A stretch of 63,864 nt of DNA, the filler included, from an uncultured Candidatus Sumerlaeota bacterium (GTDB taxonomy: Bacteria > CAYMEV01), in assembly GCA_964389675.1 (NCBI GenBank). It is 3 parts of 3 records of this genome, joined end to end, with 100 filler letters (N's around TTAATTAATTAA, not from the genome) between each part and the next. Parts side by side here need not be neighbours in the genome. Positions count along the whole stretch, not along the records: positions 1 to 30,566 come from CAYMEV010000032.1; 2 more parts are not named here. One strand, 5' to 3'. The notes below the pieces were generated by a model. The model was not told the origin of the DNA, did not search any database, and saw only the letters and a list, made by a program, of their open reading frames with translations. Shown here piece after piece: positions 9,668 through 18,700 of this stretch. Numbering within the stretch: position 1 is the stretch's first letter; each line of letters opens with the position of its first letter. The position numbers and the translations under genes were made by a program.

Positions 9668-10363
9668 TCACCAGCCTGAGACTGTCCTTCTTATACCGGA
9701 AGGGACACTGATCTCCCTTCTCTTTTCAATCTTCTCAAGATTAATAAGGATTTCACTGATGAATTTTCCTTTGCTCAGGCGAAACCGCTCTGAAAGACAG
9801 CTGTAGATCCTGTATGCAAATTTTATTTTGTGTTCTGTAAAAGCAGGGTCATAACAGAGGCAGAATGCGCATAATTCACCTGCATCATCCTCAATGTCAC
9901 CTTTCTTCACTGATTCAAGGTCAACTCGGTACACATTTTTATCAATATCAGATATAATAAAATTTCTAAGGTTCATATCCCCGAGTATGTTCCTGTTGCC
10001 TGAAGGGTGATCACTCAGGCCTGCATAAAGTTTTTCCAGCGAATCTGCCAGAGATGGTATATAATCATCATGATCCGGCTCATTGATCATATCAACAAGC
10101 AGCCTGCCTTCTATATGCTCCATAAATATTATTTTACTGCATGAGTATAATATGTCGGGGACAGGTGATTTTTTTGCTTTCAAAAGCTTCAGGGTCTCCA
10201 GCTCAAGGGAAAAATCATTTTCAGAATTGAACCTCTTGACAACAACAGTCTGTTTAATTCCTGCCCCTCTATTTATCACTGCTTTTTCAACAATGTTCTT
10301 TTTGCTTATAAATTTTCTAAGCACAGTATAATTTTCAATATCTAAGCATCTTTCTTCATTCAA
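9668..10363 (-). CDS. Protein-kinase-like fold small kinase/phosphotransferase (RIO/Kdo/APH-like)
   Basis: VVKRF Lys, MEHIEG hinge, LGDMNLRNF catalytic loop, VDLE Mg-binding motif. Confidence 0.7.
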   Translation of the reverse strand: MNEERCLDIENYTVLRKFISKKNIVEKAVINRGAGIKQTVVVKRFNSENDFSLELETLKLLKAKKSPVPDILYSCSKIIFMEHIEGRLLVDMINEPDHDDYIPSLADSLEKLYAGLSDHPSGNRNILGDMNLRNFIISDIDKNVYRVDLESVKKGDIEDDAGELCAFCLCYDPAFTEHKIKFAYRIYSCLSERFRLSKGKFISEILINLEKIEKRREISVPSGIRRTVSGW

Positions 10364-10371
10364 TATTTTAT

Positions 10372-11127
10372 CTATTCCCTGTTTCTTATTTTAATGTCAA
10401 TCTCTGAATTTTTTCTGTATCCATGAAGCTCGCTCACCATTCCCTCTATTAAATTACGGAGTATCTTCTGGACAAAAGGCACCATTTTGATCCTTTTTCC
10501 GTCGATTAGAAGGCTAACGGCCTCATCCTTTTCTATAATGCAGTCTTCGCGCTTTTTTTCACCTGACAGTATCATGGACACCATCTCCCTGCAGGAGTAC
10601 CCGCAAGCCCCGCAGCATTCTTCGCTCATGTTGGGCAGCAGCCTGAAAACCTTCTCTTCAATAATATCAACCATTTTAGCAATGTCTTTTGTTGAATCAA
10701 TTATCGGCCTGCCCATATAATTATCCATCTTATCCGATATAAGACCTGATATCAAAAATACGCTCCCATCCAGCTTTTCACTTATTTCTTCTATATCCTT
10801 GCATGTCATGATCTTTGGTACATTGAAATCCCTGACACCTTCAAGGATTACAAAATCATTGCTGTAGAACTTCAAGATTTCATTCATATCAAGCTTCTTT
10901 CTGTAAAGGATATCAGTCTCTGAACCGCTTCTGGCTGTTACAGGTTCTGCTCCTGCCTCATGGTGCCTGTATGTATTGGTACCCTCTTTATCCAGTGCAA
11001 AATGCTCATAGTGGATCTCCTTTACTGATCCTACTGTGTACTTCCTTCTTTTCAATTCCTTTATAATATTCTCAATCGTGGTCGTTTTTCCAGTTTTTGA
11101 GAATCCCACCACAGAAAACACTTTCAT
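10372..11127 (-). CDS. mobB: Molybdopterin-guanine dinucleotide biosynthesis protein MobB with C-terminal Fe-S domain
   Basis: VVGFSKTGKTT Walker A, VGSVKEIH, DKEGTNTYRH, CCGACGYSC...C cluster, IKMVPFVQKI tail; AGGAGG RBS. Confidence 0.85.
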   Translation of the reverse strand: MKVFSVVGFSKTGKTTTIENIIKELKRRKYTVGSVKEIHYEHFALDKEGTNTYRHHEAGAEPVTARSGSETDILYRKKLDMNEILKFYSNDFVILEGVRDFNVPKIMTCKDIEEISEKLDGSVFLISGLISDKMDNYMGRPIIDSTKDIAKMVDIIEEKVFRLLPNMSEECCGACGYSCREMVSMILSGEKKREDCIIEKDEAVSLLIDGKRIKMVPFVQKILRNLIEGMVSELHGYRKNSEIDIKIRNRE

Positions 11128-11152
11128 TTGCTAACCTCCTTATTTTCCTGAT

Positions 11153-11890
11153 TCATGCAAAAAAATAAATATACAGTGCTGATAAGGCTGAAAGAATAGA
11201 TACTGTCATAATCAGGTAATCCGCTAATCCGCATCTTAATCTTCTGAGACTGGTCCTTTGCGGGCAGGCTCTGAACCCCCTCATTTCAACAGCCATTGAC
11301 AGATCTTTTGCCTTAGAGGTGATGCTTGCAATCATCGGCATGATCAGATATGAATAGATCTGTATCTTAACCCTCAGTTTTAATCTGCTGAAATCTACTC
11401 CTCTCAGCTGCAAAGCAGTATAGCTGTCATTAACCTCCCTGCTTAATCTGCTTAGGAACCTGATTGCAACAGCTATCATAAAGACCAGTTCATAAGGCAC
11501 CCTGCACTGGCTGATGCCCTGTATAATATCCCTCGATGAGGATGTTGAGAGAATTGTTGCGGTAATAAAAATGATAGCAAGCCTTAAAATAACGGATAAA
11601 CCCGTATCAAAGCCTTTATCTGTTAAAATAGTTATATTCCCTAAGCTTATGATCACCTCTCCTCCTCTGGTGAAAATACTTTGAATAAGAATCATCAGTA
11701 TAAAGATCCAGATAAACTTCCTGAAATTCCACAAAATTGAGCAAGCATTGCTCTTAAAGGCCACCGACAGTATCACGGAGAAAATCAAAACATATGAAAG
11801 CCAAATTTTATCATCAATAATAATTGCAAGGCTTGTAATGCACATTACGAGAAAAAGCTTTGTCCGCGGATCAATTGATTTTGCGGTCAT
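11153..11890 (-). CDS. ECF transporter transmembrane T component
   Basis: IDPRTKL, ALQLRG and AVEMRGF conserved Arg motifs. Confidence 0.9.
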   Translation of the reverse strand: MTAKSIDPRTKLFLVMCITSLAIIIDDKIWLSYVLIFSVILSVAFKSNACSILWNFRKFIWIFILMILIQSIFTRGGEVIISLGNITILTDKGFDTGLSVILRLAIIFITATILSTSSSRDIIQGISQCRVPYELVFMIAVAIRFLSRLSREVNDSYTALQLRGVDFSRLKLRVKIQIYSYLIMPMIASITSKAKDLSMAVEMRGFRACPQRTSLRRLRCGLADYLIMTVSILSALSALYIYFFA

Positions 11891-12533
11891 TTATAATATT
11901 TCCTTCATTAATATCTATGATTCTGCATGCCAGATCCATTATAAATTCAGGGTCATGGCTGATAATTAAAGAGCCAGTGCCTTTATCCAGCTGGTCTTTC
12001 AGAATACCTCTAAGCAGGTACTTACCTTCATTATCAAGTGATGTAGCAGGTTCATCCAGTATCAGGAACCCGGGATCATTTATAAGTATGCCTGCCAGCG
12101 CAAGCCTCTGCTTTTCCCCCAGACTGAGATGATGAGGGAAGCTGTCCCTCAGGCGGTCAAGGCCAAAACAGGCCAGCATTTCATCAACCCTTGCCTTGAT
12201 CATCCCTGTTTGAAGCCCCTTTATCCTGAGGACAAAAGATGCTTCATCCTCAACTGTGGCTGCAAAGATCTGCCTTTCAGGCTCCTGAAACAAATATCCT
12301 ATTTCCTGCCCTATTTGCCCGAGAGTTAAATCCCCTGTGTCGCATCCTTTTATCATAACCCTCCCGCCTGCCGGCTTCAGGATGCCCATCATCAGCTTGC
12401 TGACCGTGGTCTTCCCGCTTCCATTACCCCCTTTGAGTATAGTCAGGCCCTTATTCTCAATACTTATGCTGAGATCTTTTATGACAAAATCATGAAAATA
12501 TCTGAAACTGACATTTTCCAGATTAATCAGCAA
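11871..12533 (-). CDS. ECF transporter ATPase (A' component)
   Basis: GGNGSGKTT, FQEPERQIF, LSLGEKQR, ILDEP, ISHD. Confidence 0.9.
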   Translation of the reverse strand: MLINLENVSFRYFHDFVIKDLSISIENKGLTILKGGNGSGKTTVSKLMMGILKPAGGRVMIKGCDTGDLTLGQIGQEIGYLFQEPERQIFAATVEDEASFVLRIKGLQTGMIKARVDEMLACFGLDRLRDSFPHHLSLGEKQRLALAGILINDPGFLILDEPATSLDNEGKYLLRGILKDQLDKGTGSLIISHDPEFIMDLACRIIDINEGNIINDRKIN

Positions 12534-13240
12534 TGAGAAGCACCCTCCCTTCCTTCTTCAGGATGATCATAGTCATGAAGGCATCCTTCCCGCAGTGTTT
12601 TTATTCTGTCTGCCATATCATAATAATCCCTGTTATGCTCTACCATTATAATTGTTTTATTTTCTTCTCTAAGCTCCTGCAGAACAGATCCAACCATGAT
12701 CCTGCCCTTAGCATCAAGCTGGGAAGTGATCTCATCAAATATGAGGATGTCCGGGTCAATGCTCAGGACTGATGCCAGGGCTACAAGATGTTTCTCGCCA
12801 CCGGAAAGCTCCCTGGGGTGCCTGTACCTTAATTTTTCAATGCCAAGCCTGTTAAGGACGCTGTCTATTCTGTTCCTGATCTCATTCTGAGGGACAGCAA
12901 AATTTTCCGGCCCAAAGGCAATCTCATCTTCAACTGTGGGTAAAAAAAGCTGAATATCAGGGTTCTGGAACACCATACCAATAAAACTTGATAGTTCGGA
13001 TATTCTGCCATCTTTAACCGATCTGCCCATTATTTTCACTTCACCTTCGAAAATACCCCCCTTTATCAGGGGGATTATTCCGCAGATACAGTAGCAGAGG
13101 GTAGTCTTCCCGCTGCCATTTGCGCCGGTAAATATTAAGATCTCTCCCTTATTTATATCCAGGCTTATGCCTTTCAGGTGCTTTTCGCTTTTGTCACTGT
13201 ATTTGAAAGAGAGATCCCTGATCTGCACTGGGCAAATCAT
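12527..13240 (-). CDS. ECF transporter ATPase (A component)
   Basis: GANGSGKTT, FQNPDIQLF, EIAFGPEN, LSGGEK, VEHN. Confidence 0.9.
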   Translation of the reverse strand: MICPVQIRDLSFKYSDKSEKHLKGISLDINKGEILIFTGANGSGKTTLCYCICGIIPLIKGGIFEGEVKIMGRSVKDGRISELSSFIGMVFQNPDIQLFLPTVEDEIAFGPENFAVPQNEIRNRIDSVLNRLGIEKLRYRHPRELSGGEKHLVALASVLSIDPDILIFDEITSQLDAKGRIMVGSVLQELREENKTIIMVEHNRDYYDMADRIKTLREGCLHDYDHPEEGREGASHC

Positions 13241-13746
13241 CTTATGTCCAGTTCCATAAGAAATTTATTCCATCTCTGCCCGAATGAATCCTTCCTGATG
13301 ATAAGCTGATAGGGCCCTGAGCCTCCTTCTTTTTTTGGCAGCAGGGCTTTTTGGTTCATTTCATACACAATATAGACATTATCATCCTCAGAAACCTCCT
13401 TACGGCTGAGAACGACAGTATACCCGTCAACCGCTTTTGTAACCACCTGATCGATCTTCTCGATATCGATATCATTGGCCTTAAGAAGGTCCTTCAGCTG
13501 GACACCCTTATATATATTTACTCTTTCCCCGCTGCTGCTTCTTCTTAATGTAGCTTCAAATTCATATTCCTTCAGGCTTTTTATCTCACGCAGGCCTATC
13601 AATAGTCTTTTTCCTCCAAAATTCAGGCAGATAATCGAGGACTCCTGGTTTGTGATCCTGTCCTTTCTGTTCCCTGAATTCAAAAATGCAAATAATGCTA
13701 TTATAATAAGAAGGGCTGTTATAATTGACCAGATGATCCTATTCAT
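13237..13746 (-). CDS. Membrane-anchored molybdopterin-binding (sulfite oxidase/Oxidored_molyb-like) domain protein
   Basis: N-terminal TM; YKGVQLKDLL, AVDGYT, IVYEMNQKAL, GPYQLII, RWNKFL. Confidence 0.65.
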   Translation of the reverse strand: MNRIIWSIITALLIIIALFAFLNSGNRKDRITNQESSIICLNFGGKRLLIGLREIKSLKEYEFEATLRRSSSGERVNIYKGVQLKDLLKANDIDIEKIDQVVTKAVDGYTVVLSRKEVSEDDNVYIVYEMNQKALLPKKEGGSGPYQLIIRKDSFGQRWNKFLMELDIR

Positions 13747-15262
13747 TATCCCCCCCCTGGTAAAAAAGCCAGTATGGCGTGAACATATCTTTTGCTATCA
13801 AACTGCCGTGTGTTCCACCTTCATCTTTGGGGTGCATTCCATGATCGGCATATATCAGGACCTTCCCGCTCCATCCAGACAGGATATTCTTTGTAAATCC
13901 ATCTATTTTCTTCAGGGCCTGCATTGTATTTTCATCATAATCACCATATTTATGTCCTGTTTTATCAGCATCCTTAAAATGAACAAAAATCAAATCATGA
14001 TCCTTTTTTATCTCCTGCATTGCTTTTTCAGCCTTTTCATCATCCGTGCTTTCATCATTATTAAGGTCCAGGCAGTATATAGGCTCGATCTCAAGTTTTA
14101 CAGCCGCAACAGGCCCTATTATAGCCTGGCATGATTTCTCATTCTGCATGCAGAAACCAAATATTGTAGGCACCTTGAGAAGATCTGTCTTCCTGTCATG
14201 TATTCCGTTTACAGATGGAGGCTCACCGGTAAGAGACGCTGCGAGATTTACAGGGGTTATAGGGGGATAGGCTGACATTGACCTTTCAGGTTCTGGAAGG
14301 CTGGCAAGAAAGGGTATATATCCTTTTTGCCCTGCATGCAGATACTGGTGAAAGCCAAAGCCGTCTATAAGTATTATTAATAGCCTTTCTCCGTTTAGCA
14401 TAGCTGATCTGGCATCTTTATATACATCCGTTATACTTTTCTCCGGAGGATCCATTATAATACCCCTGCATGAAGGAATGAGCAGAGTTCCATCGCCTGC
14501 ATAGCCAATACTGTTCTCCTTCAGGATAAAAAATCCATTTTCATCAAAGATCTCTGATTCACCATTTTCTCCAAAAACTGCAAGCTGTTCTTTCCCCGGG
14601 TTATCCAGATATTTATAGATATCAATTCTTTTATGGCAATAAAATGAGACAGCTTCTATCTTACCATCATTGTAGTTAAAGGCAGATACACCCCTGGCTA
14701 AGGGGTATATGCAATAACCTTCCCTGTAGATCTGACCGGGTGAGATATATTCTGTTTTACCCGCAGGGTCAGTTATGCAGAATGCATTATCTGCATGCAG
14801 TTTATCAGCATCGGTAATGATAATTATTTTTTCTATATCCTTAATATTACTGCTTGCAGGGTGTTTTGGATTTAAAGCATTCCATCCGGTTTCACCCGGG
14901 ACCAGATAGCATTCATCCAGGTTCCTGCCTGAGATAACAGCACTGACGCCATCATGGGAGATATACATTATGTGGTATGAATCCGACCTGGGCTCAGCCT
15001 TTTTAATAATATATGAAAGAGGGTAGCCCTTTATTTTGTTTTGCTTGTATATTACATCCCCTGCATTCAGGAGCATCTCTGGATCAAGCCGATAAACCGG
15101 GTTTTCAACATCCCCGGTGACCTCTAATCTGAAAGACACCCTTTCACTTATATCATCTGTATTACCGATGCACCCCTGAAGGAATAGAAAGGATATAATA
15201 AGGGAAAAGACTGCAGGGATTTTATATACATATCGAGATCTGTTAAGTTTTTTAATAATCAT
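13739..15262 (-). CDS. Lipoprotein with N-terminal Oxidored_molyb-like domain and C-terminal alkaline phosphatase/NPP-superfamily domain
   Basis: LQGC lipobox; LEVTGDVENP..GYPLSYII..SHDG; IILIDGFG, PPITPVN, DADKTGH, ADHGM, THG. Start placed at ATG 15262 (the track uses 15307). Confidence 0.75.
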   Translation of the reverse strand: MIIKKLNRSRYVYKIPAVFSLIISFLFLQGCIGNTDDISERVSFRLEVTGDVENPVYRLDPEMLLNAGDVIYKQNKIKGYPLSYIIKKAEPRSDSYHIMYISHDGVSAVISGRNLDECYLVPGETGWNALNPKHPASSNIKDIEKIIIITDADKLHADNAFCITDPAGKTEYISPGQIYREGYCIYPLARGVSAFNYNDGKIEAVSFYCHKRIDIYKYLDNPGKEQLAVFGENGESEIFDENGFFILKENSIGYAGDGTLLIPSCRGIIMDPPEKSITDVYKDARSAMLNGERLLIILIDGFGFHQYLHAGQKGYIPFLASLPEPERSMSAYPPITPVNLAASLTGEPPSVNGIHDRKTDLLKVPTIFGFCMQNEKSCQAIIGPVAAVKLEIEPIYCLDLNNDESTDDEKAEKAMQEIKKDHDLIFVHFKDADKTGHKYGDYDENTMQALKKIDGFTKNILSGWSGKVLIYADHGMHPKDEGGTHGSLIAKDMFTPYWLFYQGGDNE

Positions 15263-15293
15263 TAATACCCTTCCAAGTTTTATATTTTGAATA

Positions 15294-15836
15294 TTAATTA
15301 TTCTCAAACCTTTTTGCTATCTTATATGCAATTATGCCTCCCATGCCGCCAGAAAGGGATGCAACCGCAAGGCTTAGTACCAGGGGGACTGCCGGCAGGC
15401 GGAAAAAGGCAATATTCACAAGGAGTGAACCGCTGAAATTAGCTGCGACCCCGGCTGAAAAACAGCAGGCAAGACCGCATGCCCTTATGCCTGAGATGAA
15501 AAATACCAGGTCTACAGCTATTCCCGGAACCATATATGTAATTATGCTTAAGAAGCCATGAGTTCCGTAAAAACCCAAAACCATGACAACAATCCCCTGA
15601 ACAAGTGCAATCAATGTTGCACTGCCCATCTTTCTGACAAGCACAGCCCCGATCACTATCCACATCATATAGAAACCGCCTGCCAGCACACCACCCGGTA
15701 TGAACAACGGTGCAGTTATGATATGTGCAAAGGCCACTGTGACAGGCTTGAAAACAATACCGAGACATGCGGTAAGGGACATCAGGACTAGGTCATAAGC
15801 GGTAAACTTTTCAAAAAATGACCTCCGGTCCGGCAT
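15294..15836 (-). CDS. ECF transporter substrate-specific S component
   Basis: 180 aa, about 6 TM, DLVLMS...LVRKMGSATL pattern of S components; in an operon with A, A' and T. Confidence 0.8.
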   Translation of the reverse strand: MPDRRSFFEKFTAYDLVLMSLTACLGIVFKPVTVAFAHIITAPLFIPGGVLAGGFYMMWIVIGAVLVRKMGSATLIALVQGIVVMVLGFYGTHGFLSIITYMVPGIAVDLVFFISGIRACGLACCFSAGVAANFSGSLLVNIAFFRLPAVPLVLSLAVASLSGGMGGIIAYKIAKRFENN

Positions 15837-15849
15837 TAATTTCTCCCTT

Positions 15850-16983
15850 TTATCCTGCAGCTTCTACTGAAATAATATTGGCTGTAACTACAGGAGCATT
15901 AATTGCTCCAAAAATAATTGAAATTCCTTCTCCTGCTCTCTGAAATATAACGGCTTTTTCATAATCCTCTGCTTTCAGCTCCGTGGATTTTCCATCCAGC
16001 GATTTTATTAAATAAATTTTCGCATTCCTTAAATGGTATCTTTCTCCGATCCTGCGAAGCAAAATGCCTTTATGCCCTGCAAACTCTTCTGAATCAAAGA
16101 TCTTCGCCCCCTGATAAAAGGAAAAGTACCCTGTATCGCCTGAGGAAAACCAGACAATATTTTTTACATGCATGCCCAATTTGATATCAGGCCCCTTGAA
16201 TGAGGGCGCATCTTCGCCCTCAGTGATCAGGAAGCCCTTAATGAAAGTTGTGAGATCTTCATTCTTTTCCAGACCATCTGATGCTGAAAAAAATACAGTT
16301 TCTGAAAATTGGGCATCATCGAGGATATCTGATGCTTTTACGGCCTTTTGCCCGCTCTGCTGGTAATCTGACTTATCCAGAAGAGAAAGCTTTGTCTCCA
16401 GGAATACCAGTTTGCTTATCTGAGCATCCCCTGGATCATCTTCATAGTATTTAATGCTTATTTTTACGATTCCCCTGGCCCAGTACATTTCTTCCTCACC
16501 CGGGATAAATACCCTTATCGGTTTTGATTTCTCAAAAAGAGGCTTATTATCCATCTCATAGGCAAGTATGATCCTTTTTTTTCTTATGACAGGTTCCGGG
16601 ATCTCGACCATATAACCATCTTTTGCATTCAATTTTATGCTTGAGATATCCTCATAATCCTTTCCAAGGAATCTGACAAGATCATCAAAAAGTACACCCT
16701 TGACCGTGTACTCCCTTTCAACATTCCCTTTATCATCCCGTGTGATTATCTCTTCATTTACAGCTTCAAGGGCCATTATATCCTTAATGCTTACTTCTTC
16801 CTCACCATCCTTGTCAGAAATCTTTATAAGCCCATTATCAGGTCCGTTCAGCATTTTGCCGTTTTTATTCACAGTTTCTGCATCATCCCTATAATATCTT
16901 TCTTTTCTGCAGCAAATAAGAAACATTATGGCTATTATAAACAAAATAGCCATTAAAATAGTGTTTTTAATGTATTTAATCAT
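15850..16983 (-). CDS. Lipoprotein with Oxidored_molyb-like domain(s)
   Basis: FLICC lipobox; YTVKGVLFDDLV, AKDGYM, ILAYEMDNKPL, PIRVFIPG, YWARGIVKI; further degenerate copies (ASDGL, SLDG). Confidence 0.65.
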   Translation of the reverse strand: MIKYIKNTILMAILFIIAIMFLICCRKERYYRDDAETVNKNGKMLNGPDNGLIKISDKDGEEEVSIKDIMALEAVNEEIITRDDKGNVEREYTVKGVLFDDLVRFLGKDYEDISSIKLNAKDGYMVEIPEPVIRKKRIILAYEMDNKPLFEKSKPIRVFIPGEEEMYWARGIVKISIKYYEDDPGDAQISKLVFLETKLSLLDKSDYQQSGQKAVKASDILDDAQFSETVFFSASDGLEKNEDLTTFIKGFLITEGEDAPSFKGPDIKLGMHVKNIVWFSSGDTGYFSFYQGAKIFDSEEFAGHKGILLRRIGERYHLRNAKIYLIKSLDGKSTELKAEDYEKAVIFQRAGEGISIIFGAINAPVVTANIISVEAAG

Positions 16984-17276
16984 AAATATGCAACCTTTAT
17001 CTTATTTATTTCTATTAAACGAATAAAATTTAATTTGTTAAATAAATACCTGAATATCATATGTCTTTATATATTTCCCTTTTTTGATCAATTCAATAAA
17101 TTTATTATAGTAAGGAATTATGAACTATACAACGATTTCTGTTTGAATCAGCTTTGATATTGCCATCATATGCCAAATAGCATTAAAAATTGGAATAACA
17201 GCCTATCAGCTAATTCCATCTTTTGCAGAACAGGCATGGAAGAATAATAAATCTTTAAAAAAATTACTTTTTTCTA

Positions 17277-17329
17277 TTGACATTTATCAAAGAACTATTA
17301 TATATATAGTATAGTGTGATACACAGTAT
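17277..17329 (+). promoter_or_regulatory. Promoter and probable PadR operator
   Basis: TTGACA at 17277 with a TATA-rich -10 region; imperfect inverted repeat ATAGTGTG-ata-CACAGTAT at 17311-17329. Confidence 0.45.
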
Positions 17330-17377
17330 TATATATTATACATATATGTGTATTATTATAATAATCAGGAGGCACGG

Positions 17378-17707
17378 ATGGATATTAAAGAATTTGGGCT
17401 GGAAACAGAAATGAACCGCGGATTTCTTCAGATACTTGCCCTGCTGGTACTCGAATATTCAATGTATGGTTATCAGATGATAAAATCGATTAAAGAACTG
17501 GGATACACAGTTGAAGAAAACACGCTCTACCCCCTGCTTCGCAGGCTGGAAAAGAATGGCTGGATAAAAAGCGACTGGAAAATAGAAAAGGAAAGGCCAA
17601 AAAAATACTATATTATCACCTCAGAGGGCAGACTGGCGAGAGAAACCCTGCTTGAAATCTGGAGGAAACAGAAAAAGATAATAGAAAAACTTTTAAAGGA
17701 GATATAA
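17378..17707 (+). CDS. PadR family transcriptional regulator
   Basis: MYGYQM, ENTLYPLLRRLEKNG, RPKKYYIITSEG; AGGAGG RBS favours ATG 17378. Confidence 0.92.
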   Translation: MDIKEFGLETEMNRGFLQILALLVLEYSMYGYQMIKSIKELGYTVEENTLYPLLRRLEKNGWIKSDWKIEKERPKKYYIITSEGRLARETLLEIWRKQKKIIEKLLKEI

Positions 17708-17708
17708 A

Positions 17709-18635
17709 ATGAACAAAGCTCTTCAAGACTATCTGGAAGAAATAAGGCATTACCTGGTCACAAAGGATAATTCTGATGAGATACTCAAAGAAATAGAGTC
17801 TCATATAATGGACAAACTGCAAGAAGATGGAAATGAGGAAAATGAAGAGGCAATTAATCGGGCAATCCAGGATTATGGCTCTCCAGGAAAGGTTGCAGAA
17901 AAGTACCTTGAAGGAAATCACATAATCTACCCAAATTACCGTAATTTTCTCTTTTTGTACACCTGGCTGCTGTTTATATTTCACTATGGTTTAAACATAG
18001 TATCCTATGTTTTTGGCATAACATTCAGGATCCTCCCCTTTGGGCTTTCAATAAGCGTTTCAAGCTGGACGGATCTTATTATACAAATTCCTATGACATG
18101 GGTATATGATTTCGGGCTTATTGCTCTCATTCTTTATTTTATAACGCAAAGCCCCGGGGATACAAGGCTGGTCTGGCCAAAATTCTTTAAACAATGCTTC
18201 AGCCTGACTGAAGTAAAAAACAAAAAATTATGGCTGGGATGGCTGCTCCTTTTTCTCTTTGTAATCCTTCTGATTGCATATATCAGACAGGGTTCGATAT
18301 TTTTCATGAACCCGGGAGAGATTATTAAGCCTGATCCTGCCGAACGGCCTGAAATTTATAATGTGCTTTCCATAATTGTGCTTTTTATACTTGGTTTAGA
18401 GAGCATGACCATATTCCTTAAAAACTGGCTTAAATCTCTCTGGGTAAATTTTGCCAACAGCATCTCCTACCTTATATCCTGCATAGTACTTTTGAATATT
18501 CCAAAGGCAAAGATCATTCCTGATCCGGAATTTCATGTCCTGATCACTTTTCTGGCCTGGATTATCGGGATCATAATGATGTTTGTGGTATATGACATCA
18601 TCTGCGTCCTAAAAACAATACTGACCAGGAAATAA
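17709..18635 (+). CDS. Membrane protein with N-terminal HAAS-like signalling domain (PadR partner)
   Basis: YLEEIRHYL...EIESHI...YGSPGKVAEKY followed by about 6 TM; 1 nt after padR. Confidence 0.75.
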   Translation: MNKALQDYLEEIRHYLVTKDNSDEILKEIESHIMDKLQEDGNEENEEAINRAIQDYGSPGKVAEKYLEGNHIIYPNYRNFLFLYTWLLFIFHYGLNIVSYVFGITFRILPFGLSISVSSWTDLIIQIPMTWVYDFGLIALILYFITQSPGDTRLVWPKFFKQCFSLTEVKNKKLWLGWLLLFLFVILLIAYIRQGSIFFMNPGEIIKPDPAERPEIYNVLSIIVLFILGLESMTIFLKNWLKSLWVNFANSISYLISCIVLLNIPKAKIIPDPEFHVLITFLAWIIGIIMMFVVYDIICVLKTILTRK

Positions 18636-18643
18636 TAAACAAT

Positions 18644-18679
18644 AAAAAAAGCAGGAAAGCCATCCTGAGGCTTTCCTGC
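18644..18679 (-). terminator. Rho-independent terminator of the Pro-rich gene
   Basis: GCAGGAAAGCC-N7-GGCTTTCCTGC 11-bp stem followed by T7 on the minus strand. Confidence 0.85.
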
Positions 18680-18700
18680 ATATTCCAGTCTATTGCTTTA

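Noticed and set aside
16984-17276. Moco/Wco riboswitch or sigma54 promoter upstream of the ECF-mobB operon
   Set aside because: Region is very AT-rich without riboswitch-like stems; TGGCA-N-AAGC (17151-17165) has GG-N10-GC spacing but a poor -12 element
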